Source: an uncultured Desulfobulbus sp. (GTDB taxonomy: Bacteria; Desulfobacterota; Desulfobulbia; Desulfobulbales; Desulfobulbaceae). From it: DNA of 64,000 nt. How positions within the stretch are numbered: position 1 is the first letter of the stretch; the number at the start of each line of letters is the position of its first letter. Below are positions 48,672 through 58,415 of this stretch, in pieces. Under the pieces are notes generated by a model. It made no database searches and had not been told where the DNA came from. It saw only the letters and a program-made list of their open reading frames with translations. Both the position numbers and the translations under genes were made by a program. The DNA is taken from assembly GCA_964551175.1 (NCBI GenBank), contig CAZKBZ010000002.1, forward strand, positions 2,110 to 66,109. The letters are read 5' to 3'.

Positions 48672-50343
48672 GCATTTCAACGGCAAACAGGTGACGCAGA
48701 AGATTAAGAACCAGATCGTAAAACTGTGGTTGTGTCTTCTCTGCCCGCCTGAACCAAAGATCCATGACTTCAATGGCCTGACCCATCACTGCCGGATCAT
48801 AATAAATCCTGCCATCCCGTACCACCACATTGCAATTATGATCGGCTTTGCTTAAAGTAACATATTGTTTGGGCCAGGAAGTCCTGCAATAGTACCATTG
48901 CAGAAATTCTCTGTCCTGCCCGGTCTCACGTTCGCCATCCAGAAAAAGAACCGGTTTGTGGTTCCAACGTGAAAAATAATCCAGAGAATGCACCATGTCC
49001 CGGTCCAAAATCTGTTGCCTCCATATCTCCTTGCTAAACCAGTCCGGAAACTGCTCTTTCCCGTACACTGTCTTTCTGACATGTTGTGCCCAATTCCAGA
49101 AAAAGTTTACATCCGGCGGCCAATTGAACCTTTCATATACCCTGCGTGGTGGCCCGATCAGAGTAATCGACCGGACATCCTTTGTCATGCTCCCAACACT
49201 GATTGCCGGATCGGCACCCATGGAATGACCGACAATATGAAGAAAATCAACACATAACCCCGTTTGCTGTTGCAAAAATTCCACACCGGCAATGGCATCA
49301 ATATCCAGATTGATACTCTTCAGAATGCCTGCAGTAAAAGGATCTGCAGACCTGCCATACCCGGCAAAGTCTATTGTCAGCACTGTGTATCCTCTACCGG
49401 CGAGCTCCGTCGCCATAACCCTATATAGGGGAAAATCGCTTCCCTGGGGATAATTTCCATGCAACAACAGGACAGCTGAGTGGCTTTCTCCGGGATATTT
49501 TGCCTCATATAGCATGCCATGAAGTGAAAGATTGTCTGGGCTGCGTTGCAGACTCACAGATCGGGAGATAACATCCTTCCTGTAGGCAATGAGATCATGT
49601 TTTCTCTGACCTGCTCCCAAAGACCGTCTCCCTTCGCTAACCAATAAAACTACGGCACCAAGAATCGCAAGCCAGCCCAGGGAAAGAGCCAACAGGTGAA
49701 AACCGTACAGCCATGAACGGCTCCGCGCTATGGCCTGGCCTTTTACGCAGACAGACTTTTTTTTGTTTATTCTGCTGGGCAAAAACAAAGCAAGTTGAAA
49801 AAAGGTATAAAAGGCAAAAAACAGTGTACAGGTAAACAGGATCTTGAAGCCATACCTGTTAGGAAGCGGTGTAGACAAGACAAGACCCAGCTGTGGATCA
49901 CCTTTTTTGGGAATAACCAAAACTCCCTCATCCGTTTTCCGGATACTGTCTATATCATTTAGGGCAACAAGAGAATCCGTGTCCAAAGAGGTTATCAAGG
50001 CATTGCGCCCATCCACCAGGGAAATTTCAACAATCCTCATGCGTTCACTCGGATCGATACGCAGAGAATAGATCGGCTTGCCAGGGACAGGAAATCGAAG
50101 CAAATAACGAACAGTAGCACCAGGAATTTCCCGTACCTGGCTGAATCTTTCACCAATCCCCTCACCTGTATCAAAAAAAACCTGCAGGGAACTTTGTTGA
50201 AACGATTCAACTTTAAACAACAGATACGTCTGACGATATCTGCTGCCCCAAATAAAAGCAAATGAGACCGCCAGCAGGACAGCAAGAAAAACAACAATCA
50301 AATGCCTGTATTTATCACTGACCCGCAACAGAAGAGAAAACAT
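48658..50343 (-). CDS. Membrane-anchored alpha/beta hydrolase with N-terminal extracytoplasmic domain
   Basis: One TM helix, a ~120-aa domain homologous to the N-domain of 23364..25232, more TM helices, then a hydrolase fold (LLLHGN, nucleophile elbow GHSMG). Confidence 0.7.
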   Translation of the reverse strand: MFSLLLRVSDKYRHLIVVFLAVLLAVSFAFIWGSRYRQTYLLFKVESFQQSSLQVFFDTGEGIGERFSQVREIPGATVRYLLRFPVPGKPIYSLRIDPSERMRIVEISLVDGRNALITSLDTDSLVALNDIDSIRKTDEGVLVIPKKGDPQLGLVLSTPLPNRYGFKILFTCTLFFAFYTFFQLALFLPSRINKKKSVCVKGQAIARSRSWLYGFHLLALSLGWLAILGAVVLLVSEGRRSLGAGQRKHDLIAYRKDVISRSVSLQRSPDNLSLHGMLYEAKYPGESHSAVLLLHGNYPQGSDFPLYRVMATELAGRGYTVLTIDFAGYGRSADPFTAGILKSINLDIDAIAGVEFLQQQTGLCVDFLHIVGHSMGADPAISVGSMTKDVRSITLIGPPRRVYERFNWPPDVNFFWNWAQHVRKTVYGKEQFPDWFSKEIWRQQILDRDMVHSLDYFSRWNHKPVLFLDGERETGQDREFLQWYYCRTSWPKQYVTLSKADHNCNVVVRDGRIYYDPAVMGQAIEVMDLWFRRAEKTQPQFYDLVLNLLRHLFAVEMLKRC

Positions 50344-50539
50344 AACAACTCAAGGTTAAAGGAGAATTTACTATCAGGCAAGACACACTGTCAGTAGCGG
50401 CACATCCGGACAACAGTTGAAAAATACTGAACAAATCCTCATGGCTTCAATGAATTGGAAGCCCCCGGCAGATATCGGGAAAAAAGACATTTATCGATTA
50501 CCACAGGAGAGAAAACCATATTGGCTACTTGTGAAAAAA

Positions 50540-51973
50540 TCAGGATAATCGCTTAGACAACAACATCTGAAGAAAACGAAAAAAAGTGTTTACATTTCTA
50601 TACTTTTTATTGAGCGCCCTGCTCACATTATTATAATTAACAGGAACTTCAAGAACCCTCATTCTCTGATTAAGTATTTCAACCATCATCTCCGCAGAGA
50701 ATTCCGGTCCCTTGAAACGGAGGTTATCCTGAATCGCCAGGTATGATGTCTGCCATATTGCCCTAAATGTGCACCCCACATCGGTAAATCGTCCCTCAAA
50801 ATGCCACCACAATACTTCCAAAAGCTTGGCGACAAAAACGTTTGCCAGTCTGACAATACCCTGAATGTCCGTACCACGTTCCATTAATTGACGGCTTGTC
50901 CGAGTGCCGATAACCATGTCCGCCTCTTTCAGATAGGCAAAAAGTTTCTCAACATCCCTGGCCGGAAAGGCATAATCAGCTTCGGTGAGGATCAATATAT
51001 CAGCATCTGCAAGATCAAAGGCATATTTAATCTTTTGTCCATATAGAACACAATCTGAAGGACAACGGACAAGCTTTATCCCGTATTTTATTGCAATATG
51101 CTCAATAAAATTATCTGCGGGAACGATCAGGTAAATATCTTCCGGAGAGAAAATTTTACTGTATCGGGCGATTGTAAACCCTACATTTTCCTCCGTTCCC
51201 TCACTGTAAATAAATAATGACTTACTTCGGCTGGCAAACAGGTGGTTTCGATCATGAAATTGCGCAAGAGCAAAAGAGTCACGATCGTTAATATTGACAT
51301 AACTCCCTTTCAACCAAAAGGGAAAAATCGTTTTTGCCTGCAGGCACAGCTCGTTGAGAAAAGATATGAACTCTACATAATCGTCTGCTGCCTTTTCAAA
51401 AGCCTTGGCCAAGAGCAAAAATATTTCAGGAGAGAAAACAAAAGTACCGCAGCCAAGGATATCGTTATCTATATGGTCCGGTTTTTCGATCAGTTCAGCA
51501 ATACACTGCCCCTGAAAACGAACCGCATAGTTCCTCCTGATCAGTTCTTTATCATCGACCTCCTTAATACCACAAGTGGCAATAGCTTTTCGAAAAGGGT
51601 AATTCTTCAATTCATGATGATTGGATTCCACGTAGCATTCATCTGAAAGAATCACACAAAAATAATCATCAATTATTTGACGGCCAAGCAAAATTGACCA
51701 AGCTAATCCCCTTTCCAATTCTGTGTTACGGACATAATGAAGATGAACACCGAGTTGCCGTCCGTTTCCCAAAAAACTCTCAATTATCTCTGCATGATAT
51801 CCTGTAATGATAACAATGTCTCTGATTGAAAGTTGATCACGCATCAACTCAATATTTCGCTGGAGGTTAGGAGTACCGCCAATCTTCAGCATACTTTTGG
51901 GCAGCTTGCTTGTATAGGGTCTAGCCCTGGTACCTTTACCGGCTGCAGGAATCAACCCATACAACTTGCTCAT
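50540..51973 (-). CDS. Sugar-phosphate nucleotidyltransferase fused to a GT2-like domain
   Basis: N-terminus LIPAAGKGTRARPYTSKLPKSMLKIGG (GxGTRxxP...PK). The C-terminal roughly 200 aa resemble the second half of DPM1-like GT2 enzymes (LILTEADYAFPARDVEKL, MVIGTRT). Confidence 0.65.
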   Translation of the reverse strand: MSKLYGLIPAAGKGTRARPYTSKLPKSMLKIGGTPNLQRNIELMRDQLSIRDIVIITGYHAEIIESFLGNGRQLGVHLHYVRNTELERGLAWSILLGRQIIDDYFCVILSDECYVESNHHELKNYPFRKAIATCGIKEVDDKELIRRNYAVRFQGQCIAELIEKPDHIDNDILGCGTFVFSPEIFLLLAKAFEKAADDYVEFISFLNELCLQAKTIFPFWLKGSYVNINDRDSFALAQFHDRNHLFASRSKSLFIYSEGTEENVGFTIARYSKIFSPEDIYLIVPADNFIEHIAIKYGIKLVRCPSDCVLYGQKIKYAFDLADADILILTEADYAFPARDVEKLFAYLKEADMVIGTRTSRQLMERGTDIQGIVRLANVFVAKLLEVLWWHFEGRFTDVGCTFRAIWQTSYLAIQDNLRFKGPEFSAEMMVEILNQRMRVLEVPVNYNNVSRALNKKYRNVNTFFRFLQMLLSKRLS

Positions 51974-52695
51974 GTTCTGACCTTTCCAGAGGGGGGGGAG
52001 AGAACAAAAAAATAATACAGGATGAGGTAGATAAATTTCAGCGTTTCAACTACATGGCTCATTTTGGAACTACCGGTCTGCCGGGCACGGAATTCCACCG
52101 GAATTTCATGGATCACAATCCCCTTTCTAGCCAGCCGCGCCGCCACTTCAAGGACATGTTCAAAACCATTCCGTTCCATCGGCAAATCAGCTACGATCTG
52201 ACGGCGGAATCCTTTAGATCCTGTATACAGATCCGTTACATTCTGCTGAAAAAGAATGTTGAACATCCTGGAAATAATCTTGTTCCCAATCGTTTTGAAA
52301 AAAGCCATTCCCTTATTACGATCATCCAGAAAACGGGATGTATAAACGACCTCATGATGATCCAATGCCGCCACAAGATCCGGGATCACTTCAGGTGGAT
52401 ATTCGCAGTCAGCATCAATAATAATTACTATCTCTGCAGATGATGCTCGAATACCATCCCGTAACGAGGCTCCGTATCCCTCATTCTGTTCGTGTTCAAT
52501 GACTGTCACGTCCTTAAAACTCTTTAACAAGGCAAGCGAACCATCTGTAGAAGCGTTATCAATAAAAATGATGTGAAACTCCAGATCAAGATCGGAAATA
52601 CGTTGGTAACATTCTACCAACGAGTCTTTCTCATTATAAACCGGAACAACAATATCCACTGATTCCTTTTTCATGAACTTTTTTCCTGAGAACAA
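51970..52695 (-). CDS. GT2 glycosyltransferase (DPM1/polyprenyl-phosphate sugar synthase-like, soluble)
   Basis: VDIVVPVYNEKDSL ... IIFIDNASTDGS ... IIIDADCEYPPE. Its ATGA overlaps the downstream gene. Confidence 0.8.
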   Translation of the reverse strand: MFSGKKFMKKESVDIVVPVYNEKDSLVECYQRISDLDLEFHIIFIDNASTDGSLALLKSFKDVTVIEHEQNEGYGASLRDGIRASSAEIVIIIDADCEYPPEVIPDLVAALDHHEVVYTSRFLDDRNKGMAFFKTIGNKIISRMFNILFQQNVTDLYTGSKGFRRQIVADLPMERNGFEHVLEVAARLARKGIVIHEIPVEFRARQTGSSKMSHVVETLKFIYLILYYFFVLSPPSGKVRT

Positions 52696-52760
52696 TTTTC
52701 ACATTAGACGCTGAAAATCTAGTTTGTCATGGAATCCTGAAAAATACAAACCTCATTTTA

Positions 52761-55700
52761 CTATGATCTCCCTCCGCCAGTGCCGGCAAGCCAAATCTGC
52801 CAGGCATCCCGGGTTAATCCCTTTTCCTCCAACAGTCGTTGTTCATTGTAATAGGGATGGCGGACAAGAATTTCCTGCCATCGTTGCTGAAACAGCTCTC
52901 TTTCCCGTCTGCATCCGAGATGCTCTCCCTCTTCACCAAATCTGTATTGATACTTTGCTGAACAAAAAGGAGTTACAACATGCTCAACGCCTTCATCTCT
53001 CAAGCGCAGACATAAATCGATATCGTACAGACAGAATGGATAATTCTCATCATCAAAACCTGCAACCTGTTGAAACAGTGAACGCCGCACCATGCAGAAA
53101 TCAAAAGATACGGCTATTACATTCTGGGGACAGACAATCCCGTTGAGATGAAATGATCCATCCACAAGAAATGAACGATACACCCTGCAGCTTTCATCTG
53201 TGATATCCGGAAGTGCCGGATCAACTGTCTGTCCGCCCTGCCCCTTGATCTTGCCACCGACAACGCCACACAACTCCGTCAAGGAATAGCCGATCAGGGT
53301 ATCAATCCACGCAGGTTCCTCCGGCACTACTCCCCCTTTGAGAAAAACGAGATATTCCCCAACGGCGTGCTCAACAGCACGGTTCAAAACCTTGGCATCA
53401 CTTTCTTCAGAAGAAATTTCATGAAAAGAAACCTTCCCAGCCAACTGAGCCGGAAAGGTATCACTTTGCAGATTTGCCACCGCGGTAGGACAAAGTATAT
53501 GGATGTCAAAGTGCTGATATTTGATGCGGTCAACCAGCATTTTCAGCCAGGAAAACATATCATTAGAGTATACTGACAACAGGCTGATAATTGATATATG
53601 AGGCTCCCTGTCTTTCAGCCTGTGCACTTGATAATAATATTTCCATTGTCCCTGACGGACTTCAACACTCAAACCACGCCGTTTCATAGCCGACTGTAAA
53701 GCGTACAGACCAGCTGCATCAGCATAGTTCTTTTGATCATGATGAATGCTGGTGGAGGTTTCCGTTGCCCGCCATTTATAAAGAGAACGCCGAATGTGAT
53801 GTATTTTATCCGTTAACTCAGTAGATTTCAGCAATAGTTCATAATCCTGCGCTCCTGAACATGAGGCTGACAAACCACCAACCTGATCAAAAAGGAAGCT
53901 GCGAATGACAAACATATGGGTTATGTAATTATGACAGAGCAGCAACTCAGGATTAAAATCAGGCTTGTAAAACCTCTCAATATGACGACTTTCCCGGTCC
54001 ACCAGATCCTCGTCACTGTATAGAATATCCGGATCAAATCTGTTGATCGCCCGGACCATTTCATACAAAGCATCTAAGGTCAGCTCATCATCATGGTCGA
54101 GAAAACCGAGATACTCACTTTCGGCCAGATCAGCGGCCTCGTTCGTTGCTCTGGAAATCCCCCGGTTCTCAGAAAGAAATCTCACCTTGATACGTTGATC
54201 TTTTCCTGCATATTCCTGCAATAATGGGGCAATATGGGCCGCACTGCTGCCATCATCCACCAGGCAGAGTTGCCAGTGAGGATAGGCCTGATAGAGCACG
54301 GAATGGATAGCGCGGCGTAGAAGATGTTCATCGGTATTGTAGACCGGCATCAGGATACTGATAACCGGCTTCCTGGTAAGATCGGCTACTTCCTGACAGG
54401 GATAAAAACCTGCAACAATTCCCTGTTCCTGATAATGCAGTAACGGATGGGTGCTGTCTGACAGACTTTCCGGATAAGTCTTACTGTAATAAGCGGGATC
54501 AAACAGTGCGGATGGGCGATACAGCTTATTACTCCCCTTCTGACTGAAATGAAAAAAAATCTGCAAAGGATCTTCAATCTCAGGACAATAATTTTTCCGA
54601 TACCAAGCAGGATCAAAAAAACGATTCGGGCTGCACCCTTCCTCTGCTCCATAACAAATATAGTGGAAAAATGGAGGAATACCTTTCAGGGCAACAGAAG
54701 GATTGGATTCAAGGTAATAATTCTTATCAAAAAAACGCAACAACGGATCTTTTCTCTCCAGCCCATAGGTTACAAAATGGGTCAACGGATCAACAGAAGA
54801 CATCTTGATTTCCGGGTGTCGTGCAATATATCCGCTGAGATCGAGAAACGGATTCGGGTTGCAGGCTGCACGCCAGCCTTTCTGTAAATAATGGGAAAGA
54901 GGTGTTTTTCCCTTGGCTGCACTTTCCGGATATTCTTGCGCATACCACTTACTCCAGAAAAGGGGATTGGGATTTTCTCCATCCTGCCAACCTTTTTCAA
55001 TATAATGCAGTAAGGGATCATGACCCTCGGCCACCTCAGAATTCTGTCGGTACCAGATTAAGGTCTGCTCAAAAAATGGACTTGGACTTCTTCCTTCTCT
55101 CCAGCCTGTTTCTACATAATACATCAACGGATCAATAAGCAGCGGATCCATCCAGGGATTATTCCTCAGGTAAAAAACAGGATCAAACAAACCGCTTTTT
55201 TTGATGGCCCGGTAATGTGCATTTAACAGATAATATTTTAATGATTTAAGACGCAGTTTAATAAGGGCTTTATTGACACCCCACCAAGAGAGAGGAACTC
55301 CTGCTACAGTAGATCGATTTTCTTCCAATGTTGAATGACTTGTATCTTCTGCATTTTTTTCCTCTGCCGGCTGTCCTGCCATCACAAAATCCAGACAGTC
55401 CCGTCCAAAAGCAAGATATTGCAGGGAAATAACCAGTTTCTCCCCTGTTTCGTCCGATAAATCATCCTCCGTCAGGTTGAAAAAAATGCAAGGATCATCT
55501 TTACAAAAAATGAACACATCACCTTCTGCCACATCGGCATTGGTTGTCCAATTTCCAACCGGTCTGGATGAACCCTGCTCCTGGATTCTTATACTCTTTA
55601 TCCGTAGTACCACATAGTCATCAGCAGCTTTAAAAATCAGTTGCTTAACACCGGTCCTGTCAGGAAGTAAAAACTCAAGGCGGTTGGTACTGACGTCCAC

Positions 55701-56501
55701 CTTGCGGACCCACTGTTCAGGCTGCTGTTGATCATCCGGGTTCTGAACAAGCAAAGCAGCTTCATGATACTGCTCGTGAACATCCAGCAGTTTATCTATC
55801 CAGACAGAGATGTTTGCAGAGTAGAGCGACTGATGTTTATGGTAGATCCGGGTAAAAGTATCAAGCTTATGCTGCCGGGGACGTGCACGCACCATGGAAT
55901 CTGCTGACACCCGGTAATAAAAAAGAATCTTCGGTATCTGGTAGACCTTTCGGCCCATTTCCAGGAGTGAAAGCCAGAAATCATAATCCTCCCAACCATA
56001 CAGCAAACTCTCATCATATCCGCCAGCCGCCTGCCAGTCTTTTCGACGAAACAGGGCAGAACAGAAAATAACATTGTCAAGCAGCATGGTCTCCAGCGAA
56101 AACTCCGGCAGTTGCCACTCGGTATCAACAGCACCAAAAAGCCGGGCACGACAATACACAATTCCCAAATTGGGACGTTCAGACAGCAGCTTGACCGCCT
56201 CCTCCAGATACGTCGGCCCTATCCGGTCATCGGCATCCAGTGGAAGGATGTATTCCCCCAGGGCCTCTCGTATTCCGTTGTTTCTGGCTGCGGCAAGTCC
56301 CTGATTTCGAGTAGAGATGACTCTTGTTTTAGGTCTGTTATAACTCTCCAGCAACCTGTTCGTATCCGAATCCGTTGAACCGTCGTTAACGACAATAATT
56401 TCATATTCTGCGTAGCTTTGTTTCAATACAGAAACAACTGCTTCATCAACAAATTGTCCCTGATTAAAACAGGGTATAACCACGGAAACGGATACCGACA
56501 T
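52761..56501 (-). CDS. 1246-aa multi-domain glycosyltransferase (GT2 - repeat region - GT2 - GT2-like)
   Basis: GT2 number 1: VSVVIPCFNQGQFVDEAVVSVLKQ ... VVNDGSTD ... LDADD. GT2 number 2: ISILMPVYNTDEHLLRRAIHSVLYQ ... LVDDGSS ... LDHDDE. The C-terminal third has a DIDLCLR-type motif. Confidence 0.85.
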   Translation of the reverse strand: MSVSVSVVIPCFNQGQFVDEAVVSVLKQSYAEYEIIVVNDGSTDSDTNRLLESYNRPKTRVISTRNQGLAAARNNGIREALGEYILPLDADDRIGPTYLEEAVKLLSERPNLGIVYCRARLFGAVDTEWQLPEFSLETMLLDNVIFCSALFRRKDWQAAGGYDESLLYGWEDYDFWLSLLEMGRKVYQIPKILFYYRVSADSMVRARPRQHKLDTFTRIYHKHQSLYSANISVWIDKLLDVHEQYHEAALLVQNPDDQQQPEQWVRKVDVSTNRLEFLLPDRTGVKQLIFKAADDYVVLRIKSIRIQEQGSSRPVGNWTTNADVAEGDVFIFCKDDPCIFFNLTEDDLSDETGEKLVISLQYLAFGRDCLDFVMAGQPAEEKNAEDTSHSTLEENRSTVAGVPLSWWGVNKALIKLRLKSLKYYLLNAHYRAIKKSGLFDPVFYLRNNPWMDPLLIDPLMYYVETGWREGRSPSPFFEQTLIWYRQNSEVAEGHDPLLHYIEKGWQDGENPNPLFWSKWYAQEYPESAAKGKTPLSHYLQKGWRAACNPNPFLDLSGYIARHPEIKMSSVDPLTHFVTYGLERKDPLLRFFDKNYYLESNPSVALKGIPPFFHYICYGAEEGCSPNRFFDPAWYRKNYCPEIEDPLQIFFHFSQKGSNKLYRPSALFDPAYYSKTYPESLSDSTHPLLHYQEQGIVAGFYPCQEVADLTRKPVISILMPVYNTDEHLLRRAIHSVLYQAYPHWQLCLVDDGSSAAHIAPLLQEYAGKDQRIKVRFLSENRGISRATNEAADLAESEYLGFLDHDDELTLDALYEMVRAINRFDPDILYSDEDLVDRESRHIERFYKPDFNPELLLCHNYITHMFVIRSFLFDQVGGLSASCSGAQDYELLLKSTELTDKIHHIRRSLYKWRATETSTSIHHDQKNYADAAGLYALQSAMKRRGLSVEVRQGQWKYYYQVHRLKDREPHISIISLLSVYSNDMFSWLKMLVDRIKYQHFDIHILCPTAVANLQSDTFPAQLAGKVSFHEISSEESDAKVLNRAVEHAVGEYLVFLKGGVVPEEPAWIDTLIGYSLTELCGVVGGKIKGQGGQTVDPALPDITDESCRVYRSFLVDGSFHLNGIVCPQNVIAVSFDFCMVRRSLFQQVAGFDDENYPFCLYDIDLCLRLRDEGVEHVVTPFCSAKYQYRFGEEGEHLGCRRERELFQQRWQEILVRHPYYNEQRLLEEKGLTRDAWQIWLAGTGGGRS
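54399..55190 (-). repeat. Seven tandem ~33-40-aa protein repeats inside the multi-domain glycosyltransferase
   Basis: Residues about 438-701 repeat the pattern FDPxxY...NP......DPLxHY...G..EG..PNP. Examples: DPLMYYVETGWREGRSPSPFF, DPLLHYIEKGWQDGENPNPLF, TPLSHYLQKGWRAACNPNPFL, PPFFHYICYGAEEGCSPNRFF. Confidence 0.7.
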
Positions 56502-56505
56502 ATCA

Positions 56506-57273
56506 CTACCCTTTCACATTCGACCATAAACTGCCCAGCCATTCGTGAAAACGCTGCTGAGCAATATAAACATTTTTGCAGGACAGGAGATAAGCACGGG
56601 AAACATCACCCTGTTTCTCTGTAATTGTAAAGTCGGTTGGTGCTGGTAATGGTTGCATGCCGACTGCTCTAACTATATGTAATGCCCTTGGCATATGCCA
56701 GGAAGAGATCACGAGCACAAAATGATGCTCAGCCAACAGAGGCACAAGCAACTCTGCCTCTTCAACTGTATCTCGAGGACTATCTTCAACTATCATTTTA
56801 TCCGGATTCACACCGAGTTTCAGAGCAAGGTTCCCAACTATCCTGGCATTGGCAACAAAATCAATATTCCTGCCGCCACTTATCACCAATGTCCTCTGAG
56901 GTAGCATTCTGTGAATCCGAATCCCTTCAACTATTCTCTAAAGTGAGGAACCACTGATCTGACTGGAAATTGGTACACCTGGATCAGAAACATGGGTATT
57001 TCCCAGCACTACGACATATTTCAAATTGTTAACCTGCTCCGTAGAAAGTCGCTGAACTGCGAGAGGAGGGTACTGACGTTCCAGATCAAAAAGACAGTGA
57101 CGACCCCAGAAACCATACCCACACATTGTTAACACAGTAATGGTGAGGAAGATAATAGCCCGAGGACCTCTTCTTTTCCCAGTCAGGAGCAGAACAAAGG
57201 CAGACAACAACAGCAGGATAACAGGAAGAGGGGCTAAGAGAGATACAACAGTTCTGGCCAGGGTCAACAGCAT
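56506..57273 (-). pseudogene. DUF218 (ElyC/YdcF/SanA-like) gene interrupted by one in-frame TAG
   Basis: ORFs 56938..57273 and 56506..56907 are in the same frame. On the minus strand the sequence reads ...QISGSSL-TAG-RIVEGIRIHRMLPQRTLVISGG... The joined product is about 255 aa, with N-terminal TM helices and a DUF218 core (VVLGNTH ... ISGG ... DSPRDTVEEA ... VISSWHMPRA). Confidence 0.7.
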
Positions 57274-57350
57274 GCTTCACACCTGAATATGTGCCAGCTT
57301 TCTCGAAACTTGTAACTATTTGTTTTCAAGGTCCCAGCGTCTGTAAACAA

Positions 57351-58349
57351 TTATGTTGTAAGATAAGACCGGCCATGTCGACATGCATGCCAGTTCCAGG
57401 CTGTAGAAATTATGTTCTTAAGGTCGGAACGGATCGGCTGCCATCCCAGAAGCTGTTCAGCTTTTGTTGTATCAGCTACCAATTTCGGAGGATCACCTTT
57501 ACGGCGTTCTTTAAAAATAACACGAAACTGTTCGGCACTGAGCTGTTGAACCTCTTTGAGAATATCCATAACAGAACAACCCATGCCTGTGCCAAGATTG
57601 ATCTCCTGGCTGCGCCCCTTATCTTCAAGGTACTGCAAAGACTGAACATGAGCCTCTGCCAGGTCGGTGACATGTACATAATCCCTGATGGCTGTACCGT
57701 CAGCTGTATCATAATCCGTCCCAAAAACACAAACATGCGGCTTCAATCCCAGTGCAGCATATATGGTGAGAGGAATAAGATGTGTCTCAGGAGTATGGTC
57801 CTCTCCAACCTCTCCTTCGGAATCTGCACCGGCTGCATTAAAGTAACGCAGCATTACCGACTTGACTCCGTAAGCTTGATCGTAATCTCTTAAGATTTCT
57901 TCGACCATCAATTTGCTCCGGCCATAAGGATTAATAGGAGTTTGTTCATGTGTTTCACCTATCGGCAGGGAATCCGGCAAGCCATATGTTGCACAACTGC
58001 TTGAGAAAACAATATGATTACATGCATTTCTCCGCATTGCGCCAAGCAAAGACAATGTACCACAGACATTGTTGTGATAATACCTTTCAGGTTCCGCCAT
58101 GGACTCACCAACATAGGCAAAGGCTGCAAAATGAATGACTGCTGCAGGGGAATACTGCTTAAACACTACATCCAATAGTTCCTGATCTCGAATGTCACCG
58201 TCAATAAAAGGACCCCATTTTACAAAGGATTCATGTCCATACACAAGGTTATCCAAAACAACTGGAGAATATCCCATCTGGTGCAGCAGTTTGCAGGTAT
58301 GACTCCCTATGTACCCGGCACCACCTGTGACTAATATTACTTTATTCAT
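57351..58349 (-). CDS. galE: UDP-glucose 4-epimerase
   Basis: VILVTGGAGYIGSH, FSSSCATYG, and the catalytic YGRSK. Length 332 aa. Confidence 0.9.
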   Translation of the reverse strand: MNKVILVTGGAGYIGSHTCKLLHQMGYSPVVLDNLVYGHESFVKWGPFIDGDIRDQELLDVVFKQYSPAAVIHFAAFAYVGESMAEPERYYHNNVCGTLSLLGAMRRNACNHIVFSSSCATYGLPDSLPIGETHEQTPINPYGRSKLMVEEILRDYDQAYGVKSVMLRYFNAAGADSEGEVGEDHTPETHLIPLTIYAALGLKPHVCVFGTDYDTADGTAIRDYVHVTDLAEAHVQSLQYLEDKGRSQEINLGTGMGCSVMDILKEVQQLSAEQFRVIFKERRKGDPPKLVADTTKAEQLLGWQPIRSDLKNIISTAWNWHACRHGRSYLTT

Positions 58350-58415
58350 CTTTTTTTAGAATACTCCATCAACTTCCTTTATTCCGATCGATATTTCTCA
58401 ACAGAATCCCACTCC

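Noticed and set aside
56938-56940. Reading the in-frame TAG of the DUF218 gene as pyrrolysine
   Set aside because: No pyl genes or Pyl-utilising methyltransferases are in the window. DUF218 proteins are not known Pyl proteins. A nonsense mutation or sequencing error is much more likely. It is kept only as a remote alternative in the finding.
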